From Hyalangium minutum (GTDB taxonomy: Bacteria > Myxococcota > Myxococcia > Myxococcales > Myxococcaceae), in the NCBI RefSeq assembly GCF_000737315.1, contig NZ_JMCB01000032.1, positions 5,792-69,791 of the forward strand: DNA of 64,000 nucleotides, written 5' to 3'. Under the pieces are notes generated by a model. It saw nothing but the letters and a program-made list of their open reading frames with translations. It did not search any database and was not told the DNA's origin. Of this stretch, positions 20,307-32,954 are shown piece after piece (position 1 is the first letter of the stretch; every line of letters begins with the position of its first letter). The position numbers and the translations under genes were made by a program.

Positions 20307-20788
20307 CGGAACACGATCTCCCTTCCGGCCTGGACGGTGGCAGCGGGCGTGGACACGGACAGAGACTGGGTGGCCGGTGTCTCGAGCGCCGCGTCCACCT
20401 GCCCCTTGATGACCGTGAGGTCCGTCCGCTCCTGGCCGGGCCGGAGCCGCGTCTCGGAGATGGCGATCAGCGCGTCCTCGCCCAGGTTCACCATGCCTCC
20501 ATTGGGGAAGATGACGCGAGCGCTCGCGCCCGCGGCGGTGCGTACCTTGTCATTCTCGAAGAGAGGCAGCGACTCCTTGGCGGCGAGCCACTCGTCCCCG
20601 GTGGCGCGCTTGAGCTTCACATCGCCGTGCACCTCTTTGAGGTGGGCGCGAGGCTCTGGCTGTCGCGTGGGCGCGGGGGGAGAGGGAGGCGCAGACGGCT
20701 TCTCATCGGCGGAGCAGCCGATGGGGAGAGCCGGGAGCGCAAGGGCAAGGAGCATGGAGGGCCAGCGTCCGTTCACAAGCAGTTTCAA
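20303..20788 (-). CDS. FecR-domain lipoprotein
   Basis: Lipobox LPIG-C; DKVRT...A.V.F..G...LGE...I.I pattern; 4-nt overlap with LysM gene. Confidence 0.8.
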   Translation of the reverse strand: MKLLVNGRWPSMLLALALPALPIGCSADEKPSAPPSPPAPTRQPEPRAHLKEVHGDVKLKRATGDEWLAAKESLPLFENDKVRTAAGASARVIFPNGGMVNLGEDALIAISETRLRPGQERTDLTVIKGQVDAALETPATQSLSVSTPAATVQAGREIVFR

Positions 20789-20848
20789 GGGGAGACAGTC
20801 TACCCAGGAAATGGTCCCGCTCGCACGGGCTGACCCACGGTGCGCTTG

Positions 20849-21652
20849 CTAGTCCAGACGCCGGTGTTGGAGACAGGGCAGGTTGCGTCGGATCCGTGCC
20901 AAGAGTTCCGGATCCACAGGAGCGACCGCCAGGCCCTCGCCTTCCGAGGCCCGCGCCGTCACCAGCCCCCACGGATCCACCACCATCGCGTGCCCATAAG
21001 TGATGCGCTTGTCGGAGTGGCGCCCACCTTGAGCGGGGGCGAAGACGTAGCACTGGTTCTCGATGGCGCGGGCGCGCAGGAGCACCTCCCAGTGGTCCTT
21101 GCCCGTCATCAACGTGAAAGCCGCGGGCACCGCCAGCAATGTCGCCCCCTCCTTGGAGTGGCGGCGGTACAGCTCGGGGAAGCGCAAGTCGTAGCAGACG
21201 GAGAGCCCCAGCCTGCCCACCTCCGTCTGTGCGGACACCACTTCCGTGCCCGGCGCCACCGCTGCGGACTCCTGGTAGGTCGCACCATCACCTACATCCA
21301 CATCGAACAGGTGCATCTTCCGGTAGACAGCCAGGCGCTCGCCCTGTGGCCCGAAGAGGACACTGGTGTTGTAGAGGCGGCCGCCAGGGGCTCCGGCCTC
21401 CAGGATGGAGCCGGCCAGGAGGGTGACGCGCAGCTCGCGCGCCAACTGGGCCATGCGGGAGAGCGTGGGCCCGTCCAGCGTCTCGGCGGCGCTGGGGCGA
21501 TCAGCTTCGGAGCCCATCCAGGAGAAGTTCTCGGGGAGACCGACGAGGCGGGCTCCCAACCCGGCAGCCTGCCGGACGAGCCGGGTGGCGGCCTCCAGGT
21601 TGTAGGCCTTATCGGCGGTGGACACCATCTGAGCGGCGGCGATCAGGTGCAT
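20849..21652 (-). CDS. Carbon-nitrogen hydrolase (Nit1/deaminated glutathione amidase-like)
   Basis: Catalytic E-K-C: LPENF, YRKMHL, VCYDLRFPE; start ATG at 21652, not the 22699 start in the ORF track. Confidence 0.92.
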   Translation of the reverse strand: MHLIAAAQMVSTADKAYNLEAATRLVRQAAGLGARLVGLPENFSWMGSEADRPSAAETLDGPTLSRMAQLARELRVTLLAGSILEAGAPGGRLYNTSVLFGPQGERLAVYRKMHLFDVDVGDGATYQESAAVAPGTEVVSAQTEVGRLGLSVCYDLRFPELYRRHSKEGATLLAVPAAFTLMTGKDHWEVLLRARAIENQCYVFAPAQGGRHSDKRITYGHAMVVDPWGLVTARASEGEGLAVAPVDPELLARIRRNLPCLQHRRLD

Positions 21653-21808
21653 GGGGGCGTTATAACGCGCTGTTAGGTACTCGGAACCCTTGGGAATCAT
21701 TGTCCTTGGGCGCTCTGTTCTAACCCCTGGAGCGGGTGCGTCTTCCTTTACACCTCGTCTGGCCGTGTGGTAGGGGACCCGCCCGACATTTTTCGAAGGC
21801 AGTTCCTC

Positions 21809-21846
21809 GAAAAGTGGGCCGCCGTGCCCGCTTTTCTTATTTTTGG
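21809..21846 (+). terminator. rimP leader hairpin with U-tract
   Basis: GAAAAGTGGGC-cgccgt-GCCCGCTTTTC followed by TTATTTTT, just upstream of rimP. Confidence 0.7.
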
Positions 21847-21865
21847 AGCAAAGGTTTCGATTCGT

Positions 21866-22351
21866 ATGGCGGAGAGCAACTTCAAGCAGACGGTGGAGGA
21901 GAAGGCGATGAGCCTGCTCGATCCCATCGTTGCGGGCGAAGCGCTTGAGCTCGTCGACCTCGAGTTCGTCCGCGAACGCGAGGGGTGGGTTCTCCGTCTC
22001 TTCATCGACAAGCCGGGTGGCCGGGTGGGCCTGGACGAGTGCAGCCAGGTCTCTCGCGCGGTGGATCCGGCGCTGGACGTGGAGGACTTCATTCCCCACG
22101 AGTACAACCTCGAGGTCTCCAGCCCTGGGGTCAACCGGCCGTTGAAGAAGCTGGCTCACTACGAGCGGGTGAAGGGGCAGAAGGTCAAGGTGAAGACCTA
22201 CGGCCCCATTGGCGACCCGCCCCGCAAGAACTTCTCTGGCACGCTCACCGAGGTGTCGGGAGAGGAGATTGCGGTCGAGGTGGAGGGGGCGGGCAGCTTC
22301 CGCATCCCCTTCAAGGACATCGCCAAAGCCAACCTGGAGTTCGAGTTCTAG
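21866..22351 (+). CDS. rimP: Ribosome maturation factor RimP
   Basis: LRLFIDK, LDEC..VSR, YNLEVSSPG.NRPL; first gene of nusA operon. Confidence 0.95.
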   Translation: MAESNFKQTVEEKAMSLLDPIVAGEALELVDLEFVREREGWVLRLFIDKPGGRVGLDECSQVSRAVDPALDVEDFIPHEYNLEVSSPGVNRPLKKLAHYERVKGQKVKVKTYGPIGDPPRKNFSGTLTEVSGEEIAVEVEGAGSFRIPFKDIAKANLEFEF

Positions 22352-22418
22352 TCGTCGACATACAGGGCCCAACCTTTGAGGGGCGGGCCCGTGGACCCTT
22401 TCGGAGAAGACCCAGACC

Positions 22419-24116
<1,698 letters not shown>

Positions 24117-24136
24117 GCTGAACCACCGGAGGGGGG

Positions 24137-24442
24137 ATGCGCTCGAAGACCCAATCCGGTTCGCAGCAGGGCCCTTTCCCCGAAGGGCCCGTCCGCACCT
24201 GCATGGGGTGCGGCGCCAAGAAGGCTCAAGGGGAGTTGACGCGGGTTGCCCTGGACCCGGAGGGTGAGGTGGTGGTGGACAGGGAGAGGCGGTTGCCCGG
24301 CCGGGGCGCCTACCTCTGCGGTGCCGGATGTATGACGGCAGCGCTCAAACGGAAGGCCTTCGGGCGGGCTTTCCGGGGCAAGGCGGGCAAGGTTGACCCG
24401 TTGAAGCTCGGGCAGGCGTGGGAGCCTGGCTCGAGGTCCTGA
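24137..24442 (+). CDS. YlxR/RnpM (DUF448) RNA-binding protein
   Basis: RTCMGCG...LTRV...GRGAYLC; between nusA and infB. Confidence 0.88.
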   Translation: MRSKTQSGSQQGPFPEGPVRTCMGCGAKKAQGELTRVALDPEGEVVVDRERRLPGRGAYLCGAGCMTAALKRKAFGRAFRGKAGKVDPLKLGQAWEPGSRS

Positions 24443-24543
24443 GGGGTGGGAGGGGGGGTCGGGTGTTAAGGACCACTCGCGGACAATTCTAGATTAGGGT
24501 GCTGCGCCCTCGGGAGTCGGCGGAGCAGAAGGCCAAGCAACGT

Positions 24544-27500
24544 ATGTCGAAGAAGCGCGTTCACGAAATCGCAAAAGAGCTCAAGGGCCACGGCATTGAG
24601 CTCGACAACAAAGAGGTCGTTACCGAGCTGGCGGCGCTCGGCTACGACGTCAAGAGCCACTCGTCTTCGCTTGATGACGATCAGGCCAATGCTGCGGTCC
24701 AGAAGATCCTGGAGAAGCGCAAGCCGAAGCAGGCCGCGCCGCCGGTGACGGCCAAGGGCTTCGTGGTGCGCCGCAAGGTGGGCGTGCCCTCGGGCGTGTC
24801 CTCCGACGGCCAGGAAGGCCAGCAGGCCCACGAGGCCCCCGCTGCGCCTCACGTGCCCGAGGCGGCTCCTACCGCCGAGGCTCCTCGTGCAGCCGCTCAG
24901 CCGGAGGAGACTTCGGTCGAGGCGCCCAAGGCACCGGCTCAGCCCGAGCCTGGCGCTGCTGCTGCCGAGGCGCCCAGGGCACCGGCTCAGCCCGAGCCTG
25001 GCGCTGCTGCTGCCGAGGCGCCCAGAGCACCGGCTCAGCCCGAGCCTGGCGCTGCTGCTGCCGCCACCGAGGCGCCCAGAGCACCGGCTCAGCCCGAGCC
25101 TGCCGCCGCTGCCGCCACCGAGGCGCCCCGTGCGGCCCAGCCCACTCCCGCCGCCGAGGCCCCCAAGGCTCCCGCTCAGCCCGAGCCGCCGGCCGCCCCT
25201 CAGGCCGCCCAGACTCCCGCGGCCCCGCCGCAGCGCTTCCCCACGCAGGAGAGGTCCCCTTTGCCCTCCACTCCGCCGCGCAATCCGGTGCCGCCGCAGA
25301 TCCGGACGCAGGCCACTGTTATCTCCCGTCCGCCTCCGGGTGGACAGGGTGGCCGTCCGGGTGGACAGGGTGGCCGTCCCGGTGGCCAGGGTGGCTACAG
25401 CGGCCGTCCGGGTGGTCCCGGCGGCCAAGGTGGTCGTCCCGGTGGACAGGGTGGCTACAGCGGCCGTCCGGGGGGTCCCGGCGGCCACGGTGGCCGTCCG
25501 GGGGGGCCAGGCCAGGGACCGGTGCGTCCCACCACGCCCACTGGCGGGGGGCCCACGGCAGGGGCTCAGGCCTCGGCTCAGCCGGGTCAGAACGTGACCA
25601 TGGTCGGTGGCGTGCCTCACGCCTCGACGCCTCAGGAGCAGCGGCAGCTGCGTCCCACGGCCACACAGGCCGTCGTCATCTCGCGCCCGCTCATCCAGGT
25701 CCGCCGCGTCACGCCGACCGCCGGCCAGCAGAAGCAGTACCCGATGGCGCCGGGCAAGAAGGCCATCGGCGAGGTGCGTGAGTTCAAGGTCGTCCCGGAT
25801 CACGCGGGCCGTGGCCGCGAGCTCGTCGACGTCTCCAAGAACAAGGACAAGGCGCCGCGCAAGAGGGGCGGGCCCAACGACACCTCCGTCTCCAAGCAGG
25901 AGCTGTCGGACCTCGTCTGGGGCCGCGTCAACATCCCCATCCGTGGCAAGAAGAAGAAGCCCACGAAGAAGGGCGCCAAGACGCAGATCACCCAGATGGC
26001 CGAGGAGAAGAAGGTCATCAAGCTCCAGGAGGGCATCAGCGTGTCCGACCTGGGCCAGCGCATGGGTATCCGCACCGCGGAGCTCATCAAGAAGCTGATG
26101 GCCGCGGGGAAGATGGCCACCGCCAACCAGATGATCGACGCCGACACGGCGGAGCTCATCGCCACCGACTACGGCTGGAAGGTGGACCGGGTCGGCTTCG
26201 AGGTGGAGGACTACCTGCCCGAGACTGTGGCCAAGCCCGAGGACGAGCGCACCCGTCCGCCGGTGGTCACCGTCATGGGCCACGTCGACCACGGTAAGAC
26301 GAGCCTGCTGGACGCCATCCGCGCCGCCAACGTGGCCTCGGGTGAGGCCGGCGGCATCACGCAGCACATCGGCGCGTACAGCGTCACCACGGCGCGCGGG
26401 GACATCACGTTCCTCGACACGCCGGGCCACGAGGCCTTCACGTCCATGCGCGCCCGTGGCGCCAACGTGACGGACGTGGTCATCCTGGTGGTGGCTGCCG
26501 ACGACGGCGTGATGCCTCAGACGATCGAGGCCATCAAGCACGCCAAGGCCGCCGAGGTGCCCATCGTCGTTGCCATCAACAAGATGGACGTGCCGGGCGC
26601 CAACCCGGACCGCGTGAAGAAGGACCTCGCCAACCACGAGCTGGTGCCCGAGGAGTGGGGCGGCGACACCATCATGGTGCCCGTCTCCGCCAAGCAGAAG
26701 ATGGGCCTGGACCTCCTCCTGGAGAACGTCGTCCTCCAGGCCGAGGTGCTCGAGCTGACGTCCAACCCGGCCCGTCCGGCCGTGGGTGCCATCATCGAGG
26801 CCAAGCTGGATCGCGGCCGTGGCCCCGTGGCCACCGTGCTGGTGCAGGAGGGCACGCTGCGGCTGGGCGATGCCATCGTCACTGGCACCCACTACGGCCG
26901 CGTGCGCGCCATGAATAACAGCCGTGGCGAGCAGGTGAAGGAAGTGCTCCCCGGCTACTGCGCCGAGGTGATTGGCCTGTCCGGCGTGCCCACCGCGGGT
27001 GACACCATCAACGTGGTGGCGGACGAGAAGTCGGCCAAGCAGATCGCCGAGCACCGCGCCATGAAGGAGCGTGCGATCGATCTGGCCAAGGTCAGCCGCG
27101 AGACGCTGGAGCAGCTGTTCGCCAAGACGAAGGCGGGCGGCGGTCCCAAGGAACTGCGCGTCGTCATCAAGGCGGACGTGCAGGGCTCGGCCGAGGCCGT
27201 CAAGCAGGCCGTCACCAAGCTGACCGGTCCCAAGGTCCGCGTGGAGATTATCGACACGGGCGTGGGCGCCATCACCGAGTCGGACGTGATGCGCGCGGCC
27301 GCCTCCAAGGGGCTCGTGGTGGGCTTCAACGTGAAGCCGGAGTCTGGCGCGGAGTCCGCGGCCAAGGCTCAGGAAGTCACGCTGCAGTCCTACAGCATCA
27401 TCTACGAGCTCATCGACGGCATCCGCACGGAGATGGAGAACCTGCTGGAGCCCATCCGCACCGAGCGCAAGCTGGGCCGTGCGGAGGTCCGCAACACCTT

Positions 27501-27762
27501 CAACGTGCCGAAGCTGGGCACCATCGCCGGTGCGGCGGTGCTGGACGGTGTCATCAAGCGTGGCTCGTTCGTGCGCCTCATGCGCGAGAACAAGCAGCTC
27601 TTCGCCGGCAAGATGGCGTCGCTCCGCCGCTTCAAGGACGACGTCAAGGAAGTGGCTCAGGGCTTCGAGTGCGGTATCGGCATCGAGAACTACAACGACC
27701 TCAAGCCCGGCGACATCATCGAGGCTTACGAGATCGAGGAGACTCGCCAGAGCCTGACGTAA
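24544..27762 (+). CDS. infB: Translation initiation factor IF-2
   Basis: [44 protein letters not shown]; ATG at 24544. Confidence 0.98.
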   Translation: MSKKRVHEIAKELKGHGIELDNKEVVTELAALGYDVKSHSSSLDDDQANAAVQKILEKRKPKQAAPPVTAKGFVVRRKVGVPSGVSSDGQEGQQAHEAPAAPHVPEAAPTAEAPRAAAQPEETSVEAPKAPAQPEPGAAAAEAPRAPAQPEPGAAAAEAPRAPAQPEPGAAAAATEAPRAPAQPEPAAAAATEAPRAAQPTPAAEAPKAPAQPEPPAAPQAAQTPAAPPQRFPTQERSPLPSTPPRNPVPPQIRTQATVISRPPPGGQGGRPGGQGGRPGGQGGYSGRPGGPGGQGGRPGGQGGYSGRPGGPGGHGGRPGGPGQGPVRPTTPTGGGPTAGAQASAQPGQNVTMVGGVPHASTPQEQRQLRPTATQAVVISRPLIQVRRVTPTAGQQKQYPMAPGKKAIGEVREFKVVPDHAGRGRELVDVSKNKDKAPRKRGGPNDTSVSKQELSDLVWGRVNIPIRGKKKKPTKKGAKTQITQMAEEKKVIKLQEGISVSDLGQRMGIRTAELIKKLMAAGKMATANQMIDADTAELIATDYGWKVDRVGFEVEDYLPETVAKPEDERTRPPVVTVMGHVDHGKTSLLDAIRAANVASGEAGGITQHIGAYSVTTARGDITFLDTPGHEAFTSMRARGANVTDVVILVVAADDGVMPQTIEAIKHAKAAEVPIVVAINKMDVPGANPDRVKKDLANHELVPEEWGGDTIMVPVSAKQKMGLDLLLENVVLQAEVLELTSNPARPAVGAIIEAKLDRGRGPVATVLVQEGTLRLGDAIVTGTHYGRVRAMNNSRGEQVKEVLPGYCAEVIGLSGVPTAGDTINVVADEKSAKQIAEHRAMKERAIDLAKVSRETLEQLFAKTKAGGGPKELRVVIKADVQGSAEAVKQAVTKLTGPKVRVEIIDTGVGAITESDVMRAAASKGLVVGFNVKPESGAESAAKAQEVTLQSYSIIYELIDGIRTEMENLLEPIRTERKLGRAEVRNTFNVPKLGTIAGAAVLDGVIKRGSFVRLMRENKQLFAGKMASLRRFKDDVKEVAQGFECGIGIENYNDLKPGDIIEAYEIEETRQSLT
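24919..25119 (+). repeat. Four near-identical 48-54 bp in-frame tandem repeats ([16 protein letters not shown])
   Basis: Units start at 24919, 24967, 25015, 25069. Confidence 0.9.
25339..25518 (+). repeat. [14 protein letters not shown] low-complexity repeats in IF-2
   Basis: ggtggacagggtggccgtcc units repeated in frame. Confidence 0.85.
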
Positions 27763-27841
27763 GCCCCTGGTCGCCTTCGGAGCTGTTCACCGTTGGCCCC
27801 GGCGGCCGGCCCATGCGCCGCCGCCGGGCAGGGAGTTTCCT

Positions 27842-28414
27842 ATGTTCGTCTGTGTCGCCCGCCTCACCCTGCAGATTCCCGACAGCGGCTCGCTGAAGGC
27901 CAAGCGACAGGTCCTTCGCCGGGTAACAGAGCGGGTGAAGGCTCGCTTCAATGTCGCGGTCGCCGAGATCGAAGATCAGGATCTCTGGCAGAAGGCCTCC
28001 ATCGGCCTGGCCGTCGTGGGGAACGATCGCCGCCACGTGGATGAGCAGATGGAGAAGATCATCCACTTCGTGGAGGAGATGTACATCGCTCCCCTGATGA
28101 ACCGGGAGAAGGAGATCCTGGCCTTCGGAGACAAGCTGTTCAGCCACGAGGTGGCTCCCGCGTCCCCCAAGGGTGGCAACGAGGAGACGGAAGCCGAGCC
28201 CGAGGGCTTGAGCCCCGACGAGCTGATTGCCAGCTTGAACCGCGGGGATCGGTCCATGGCCGAGGCCGAGGGCATGGCGGATTGGGAGCGCCGGCACGAG
28301 AGCCGGGAGAGCGTGGGCAAGCCCGCGCCCGCAGGTGGGGGCGCTTTGACTTTGGATGAAGCCCGGGCACGCGCTCGCAGCCTGCGCAACCCCCGGGATT
28401 GGGAGAAGAAATGA
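27842..28414 (+). CDS. DUF503 (YlxP) protein with C-terminal extension
   Basis: [16 protein letters not shown]...DLWQ; between infB and rbfA. Confidence 0.88.
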   Translation: MFVCVARLTLQIPDSGSLKAKRQVLRRVTERVKARFNVAVAEIEDQDLWQKASIGLAVVGNDRRHVDEQMEKIIHFVEEMYIAPLMNREKEILAFGDKLFSHEVAPASPKGGNEETEAEPEGLSPDELIASLNRGDRSMAEAEGMADWERRHESRESVGKPAPAGGGALTLDEARARARSLRNPRDWEKK

Positions 28415-28770
28415 CGACGCATTCGCGACCGGAGCGCGTGGGCCAGGAGATTCAGGCCGCCATCGGCCAGATCCTCGCTCGAGGCGAGCTGAGGGATCCG
28501 CGCATCGGTTTCATCACCATTACCGGCGTGAAGGTGTCGCCGGATCTGCGCGTGGCCCGCGTTTTCTATTCGATGATTGGCACTGAGAAGGAGCGCGAGG
28601 AGACGCAGAAGGGGCTGGACGCCGCCAAGGGCTACGTGCGCCGCGAGGTAACGTCCGCCGTCAACCTGCGCGTCTCCCCGGAGATCTTCTTCAGCTTCGA
28701 TGAGTCCGTGGGGGAGGGCGACAAGATCGACCGGCTCCTGCGCGAGGTTCGCGAGAAGGAAGGCTGGTAG
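28411..28770 (+). CDS. rbfA: Ribosome-binding factor A
   Basis: [30 protein letters not shown]; ATGA overlap with DUF503 gene. Confidence 0.95.
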   Translation: MTTHSRPERVGQEIQAAIGQILARGELRDPRIGFITITGVKVSPDLRVARVFYSMIGTEKEREETQKGLDAAKGYVRREVTSAVNLRVSPEIFFSFDESVGEGDKIDRLLREVREKEGW

Positions 28771-28809
28771 CCGCCCCTCGCGGCCTTCATGAGGTAAGGT
28801 AAGGCGGTC

Positions 28810-29679
28810 ATGGACGGCGTCCTGGTCATCGACAAGCCCTCGGGGCCTACTTCTTTTGATGTGGTGCGGCAGGTGCGCGCGCTGCTCAAGGTGAAGAAGG
28901 CCGGGCACACTGGCACCCTTGACCCGATGGCAACGGGAGTGCTGCCCATTTGCTTGGGCGAGGCCACCAAGGTCGCCGGCTTCATCACCGAGGGCGACAA
29001 GGCCTACGAGGCCACCGTCCACCTGGGCGTGGAGACGGACACCCAGGATGCCCAGGGCAAGGTGACGGCCGAGGCCCCGGTGCCTCCGCTGACAGTCCAA
29101 CTCCTGGAGACGGCGCTCGCGCCTTTTCGGGGCACCTTCGAGCAGGTGCCGCCCATGTACTCGGCGGTGAAGGTGGCCGGGAAGCGCCTCTACGAGCTGG
29201 CCCGCGCCGGCGAGGAAGTCGAACGCGCCAGCCGCCAGGTCACTGTCTACGAGCTCACGCTGCGGGACTTCTCCTCCAACCGGCTGCGGCTCTCCGTGCG
29301 CTGCTCCAAGGGCTTCTTCGTCCGCACGCTGGCCTATGACATCGGCCGTGCGTTGGGCTGTGGCGCCCACCTGGAGGCCCTGCGCCGCACCATGAGCGGA
29401 CCCTTCGTTCTGGCTCAGGCGCTGCCGCTGGCCGAACTGCCCGCCATGGCGCAGGACCGGGCCGCAGTGGCGCGCAAGCTGCTGCCCCTCTCTGACGCGC
29501 TGAGCCATCTCCCCTCTCTGCGGGTGAGCGCAGCGGACGCAGCCCGCGTCACCCACGGTGTGCCGCTGGAGGCCCCTCCGATGCCGGGCCGCATCCGCGT
29601 CCTCGGACCGGAGGGAGCGCTGCTGGCCGTGGCCGAAGTGGTGAAGGGACGGCTGAGCTACCTGCGCGTGCTCGCCTGA
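28810..29679 (+). CDS. truB: tRNA pseudouridine(55) synthase
   Basis: [30 protein letters not shown]. Confidence 0.96.
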   Translation: MDGVLVIDKPSGPTSFDVVRQVRALLKVKKAGHTGTLDPMATGVLPICLGEATKVAGFITEGDKAYEATVHLGVETDTQDAQGKVTAEAPVPPLTVQLLETALAPFRGTFEQVPPMYSAVKVAGKRLYELARAGEEVERASRQVTVYELTLRDFSSNRLRLSVRCSKGFFVRTLAYDIGRALGCGAHLEALRRTMSGPFVLAQALPLAELPAMAQDRAAVARKLLPLSDALSHLPSLRVSAADAARVTHGVPLEAPPMPGRIRVLGPEGALLAVAEVVKGRLSYLRVLA

Positions 29680-29691
29680 ACCGGAAAGCCC

Positions 29692-30018
29692 TTGGCCCAA
29701 GCCCTCGATATCACCGTGGTGGTGGCGCCGCCTCTCCAGGGCGCCTTTGATGGGCGCTCCCTGGTCACTCTGGGCCTGCCCTCCACCGCCGACGTGGGCG
29801 AGCTGATGGAGACCTTGTTCCGGCTCTATCCCCGTACCCGCAGCCTGCTGGCCGGGGACCGGGGAACTCCTGGGGGCAAGTACATGCAGCTGGTGCTGGA
29901 TGCTCCCTCGCTCCACGTGCCGGTCCAGGGCCGCGCAGGGCTCGCTGCTGGACACAAGGTCTTCCTGTTCGCCCTGTCCCGTCCTCCAGCGAGCAACCGG
30001 GCAGGCCAGGAAGGTTGA
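29692..30018 (+). CDS. Small hypothetical protein, possibly beta-grasp (MoaD-like) fold
   Basis: Strand-helix-strand pattern ITVVV..L..AF...TL.LP..ADVGELMETL; no terminal GG. Confidence 0.55.
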   Translation: MAQALDITVVVAPPLQGAFDGRSLVTLGLPSTADVGELMETLFRLYPRTRSLLAGDRGTPGGKYMQLVLDAPSLHVPVQGRAGLAAGHKVFLFALSRPPASNRAGQEG

Positions 30019-30143
30019 CCGCATATGTAGGCGAAGCTTATAAGCCCCCGGCCCGTTAGTAGGGAAAGGCCCAGTCTGTACCCCTCCGCGGACCGCGGCC
30101 TGCAGGAAGTTCCACCGGAGTGGGATGTCGAAGAAAGAGAACC

Positions 30144-30413
30144 ATGTCGCTTCATCAGGAACGCAAATCAGAGCTCGTGACGAAGTTCCGGACCCACGAG
30201 TCGGACACGGGGTCCCCCGAGGTGCAGGTGGCGCTGCTGTCTGAGCGCATCAACATGCTCACCGAGCACTTCAAGACCCACAAGAAGGACCACCACTCGC
30301 GGCGGGGCCTCCTGAAGCTGGTCGGTCAGCGCCGCCGTCTCCTGGACTACCTCAAGTCCAAGGACACGGCCCGCTACCGCAAGCTCATCGAGGGCCTCGG
30401 CATCCGCAAGTAG
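30144..30413 (+). CDS. rpsO: 30S ribosomal protein S15
   Basis: [34 protein letters not shown]. Confidence 0.98.
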   Translation: MSLHQERKSELVTKFRTHESDTGSPEVQVALLSERINMLTEHFKTHKKDHHSRRGLLKLVGQRRRLLDYLKSKDTARYRKLIEGLGIRK

Positions 30414-30427
30414 GCTCGGCCGTTCCC

Positions 30428-30460
30428 GGGGCGCTGGTAACACCAGCGCCCCTGTTGTTT
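30428..30460 (+). terminator. Hairpin/terminator after rpsO
   Basis: GGGGCGCTGGT-aac-ACCAGCGCCCC then TGTTGTTT. Confidence 0.75.
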
Positions 30461-30776
30461 GTTGGTTCAGTTGTCGAAAGAGGAGGGGCGAGGAAAGAGC
30501 AAAGGCGAGGTACTGGCGGAAGTTTTGGTTTCCGTTCCCAGGGGCCGACAGCGGTCGGCCCCCGAGATCAGGGATCAAAATTCCGCGGATCCCTCTCCGG
30601 CGCTCCCAGGCGCCCCGTTGTGAAGTCCAACGAGCAGTCAGACCGCGGTTGCCCGATTCCGCCTGTCCCAGGCCCGGCGACCGCTCATCACCCGAGGCCC
30701 TCCGGGGCACGAACCCAGTCTCAATGGCGAGGCGGGACGTGCACGGCGGAGATCTTCGGGAAGCAAAGGCAAGGAC

Positions 30777-32945
30777 ATGCTGAAGAAGAGCGTCAAGATT
30801 GGTGACAGTGAGCTGAGCATCGAGGTCGGCCGTATGGCCAAGCAGGCCGATGGCGCGGTGGTGGTGCGCTATGGCGACACGATGCTGCTCGTCACGGCCG
30901 TGAGCGCGCGAGAGAAGAAGGACGTCGACTTCCTCCCGCTGACGGTGGAGTACCAGGAGAAGCTGTACTCGGCGGGCCGCATCCCCGGCAGCTACTTCAA
31001 GCGCGAGGGCCGCCTCACCGAGAAGGAGACCCTGGCGAGCCGTCTGGTGGACCGCTCCTGCCGTCCGCTGTTCCCCGAGGGCTACGCGTACGAGACGCAG
31101 GTCATCGCGGGCGTCATCTCCGCGGACCCGGAGAACGAGGGCGACATCCACGGAATCACCGGCGCCTCCGCGGCGCTGTGGGTCTCGGACATCCCGTTCA
31201 ACGGCCCCATCGCGGGCATCCGCGTCGGCCGCGTGGATGGGAAGTTCGTGGCCAACCCCACGCACAAGCAGCGTGAGCAGAGCGACATCGACCTGGTCAT
31301 GGCGGTGAGCCGCGAGGCCATCGTCATGGTGGAAGGTGGCGCGGAGGAGGTCAGCGAGGCGGACATGGTGGCCGCGCTCGAGTTCGGCAAGCAGGCCGTG
31401 CAGCCCGCGCTGGACATCCAGGACGAGCTGCGCCGCGAGCTGAACAAGCAGGTGCGCTCCTACGAGAAGGCTCCCACCGTGGACGAGGGCCTCAAGGCCA
31501 AGGTTCGCGAGCTGGCCTGGGACGGCATCGTCAAGGGCTACACCATCAAGGAGAAGGGCGCTCGCTACGAGACGCTCGGCAAGGCCAAGAAGGAGGCCAT
31601 TGCCAAGCTCAAGGAGCAGCTGGGCGACGCCTACACCCCGCTGGTCGAGAAGCACGCCAAGGCGGTGGTGGAGGATCTGAAGTACGAGCACATGCGCCAG
31701 ATCACCGTGGACGGCGGCCGTATCGGCAACCGTGGCCACGCCGAGGTCCGGGCCATCACCTGCGAGGTGGGCGTGCTCCCGCGCACCCACGGCAGCGCGC
31801 TCTTCACGCGCGGCGAGACGCAGGCGCTCGTGGTCACCACGCTGGGCACCAGCGAGGATGAGCAGCGGCTGGAGCTGCTCAGCGGCCAGGCCTTCAAGCG
31901 GTTCATGCTGCACTACAACTTCCCGCCGTTCAGCGTGAACGAGACCAAGCCCCTGCGCGGCCCCGGCCGCCGCGAGGTCGGTCACGGCGCTCTGGCCGAG
32001 CGTGCGCTGCGCAACATGGCGCCCAAGAGCGAGAGCTTCCCGTACACCGTCCGCGTGGTGTCGGACATCCTCGAGTCCAACGGCTCTTCGTCCATGGCCT
32101 CGGTGTGCGGTGGCACGCTGGCGCTGATGGACGCGGGCGTGCCCATCAAGGCGCCGGTGGCCGGCATCGCCATGGGCCTGGTGAAGGAGGGCGAGAAGGT
32201 CGCCATCCTCTCGGACATCCTCGGTGACGAGGACCACCTGGGCGACATGGACTTCAAGGTCTGTGGCACCAGCAAGGGCATCACGTCCATCCAGATGGAC
32301 ATCAAGATCACCGGGCTGACCACGGAGATCATGAGCCGCGCGCTGGAGCAGGCGCGTCAGGGCCGCATCCACATCCTGGGCGAGATGCTCAAGGCCATGC
32401 CGGAGGCGCGCAAGGAGATCAGCCAGTACGCTCCTCGCATCACCACCATCCAGATCCGTCCCGAGTACATCAAGAACGTCATCGGGCCGGGCGGCAAGGT
32501 CATCAAGGACATCATCGCGCGCACGGGCGCCTCGATTAACATCGAGGACTCGGGCCGGGTGGACATCGCCAGCGCCAACGGGGACTCGGTGAAGGCCGCC
32601 ATCGCCATGATTCAGGCGCTCACGCGCGAGGCGGAGATCGGGAAGATCTACACGGGCACCGTGCGGAAGATCGCCGAGTTCGGCGCCTTCGTGGAGCTGT
32701 TCCCGGGCACCGACGGCCTCATCCACATCTCCGAGCTGTCCGACAAGCGCGTGAAGAGCGTGTCGGACGTGCTGAAGGAGGGCGATGAGGTGCTGGTGAA
32801 GGTCGTCAGCATCGACAAGACGGGCAAGATCCGCCTGTCTCGCAAGGAGGCCATGGCCGAGCGCGCCGCCGCTCAGCAGCAGGCCGCCACGCCTCCCGGC
32901 GACGCCGCCGCGCCCGCGCCCACGCAGCCGGACGCGAAGGCCTAA
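30777..32945 (+). CDS. pnp: Polyribonucleotide nucleotidyltransferase
   Basis: [42 protein letters not shown] and S1 domains. Confidence 0.98.
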   Translation: MLKKSVKIGDSELSIEVGRMAKQADGAVVVRYGDTMLLVTAVSAREKKDVDFLPLTVEYQEKLYSAGRIPGSYFKREGRLTEKETLASRLVDRSCRPLFPEGYAYETQVIAGVISADPENEGDIHGITGASAALWVSDIPFNGPIAGIRVGRVDGKFVANPTHKQREQSDIDLVMAVSREAIVMVEGGAEEVSEADMVAALEFGKQAVQPALDIQDELRRELNKQVRSYEKAPTVDEGLKAKVRELAWDGIVKGYTIKEKGARYETLGKAKKEAIAKLKEQLGDAYTPLVEKHAKAVVEDLKYEHMRQITVDGGRIGNRGHAEVRAITCEVGVLPRTHGSALFTRGETQALVVTTLGTSEDEQRLELLSGQAFKRFMLHYNFPPFSVNETKPLRGPGRREVGHGALAERALRNMAPKSESFPYTVRVVSDILESNGSSSMASVCGGTLALMDAGVPIKAPVAGIAMGLVKEGEKVAILSDILGDEDHLGDMDFKVCGTSKGITSIQMDIKITGLTTEIMSRALEQARQGRIHILGEMLKAMPEARKEISQYAPRITTIQIRPEYIKNVIGPGGKVIKDIIARTGASINIEDSGRVDIASANGDSVKAAIAMIQALTREAEIGKIYTGTVRKIAEFGAFVELFPGTDGLIHISELSDKRVKSVSDVLKEGDEVLVKVVSIDKTGKIRLSRKEAMAERAAAQQQAATPPGDAAAPAPTQPDAKA

Positions 32946-32954
32946 TCAGGCACC

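Noticed and set aside
17706-20852. 1048-aa plus-strand ORF and other long antisense ORFs (24466-27054, 30168-32726, 42884-45349, 39410-41539)
   Set aside because: Shadow frames opposite well-supported genes, expected in high-GC DNA; no recognisable motifs
20790-21300. MrpC-type TGTY-N8-RAC site upstream of the FecR-LysM-HD-GYP genes
   Set aside because: Partial manual scan found no convincing match
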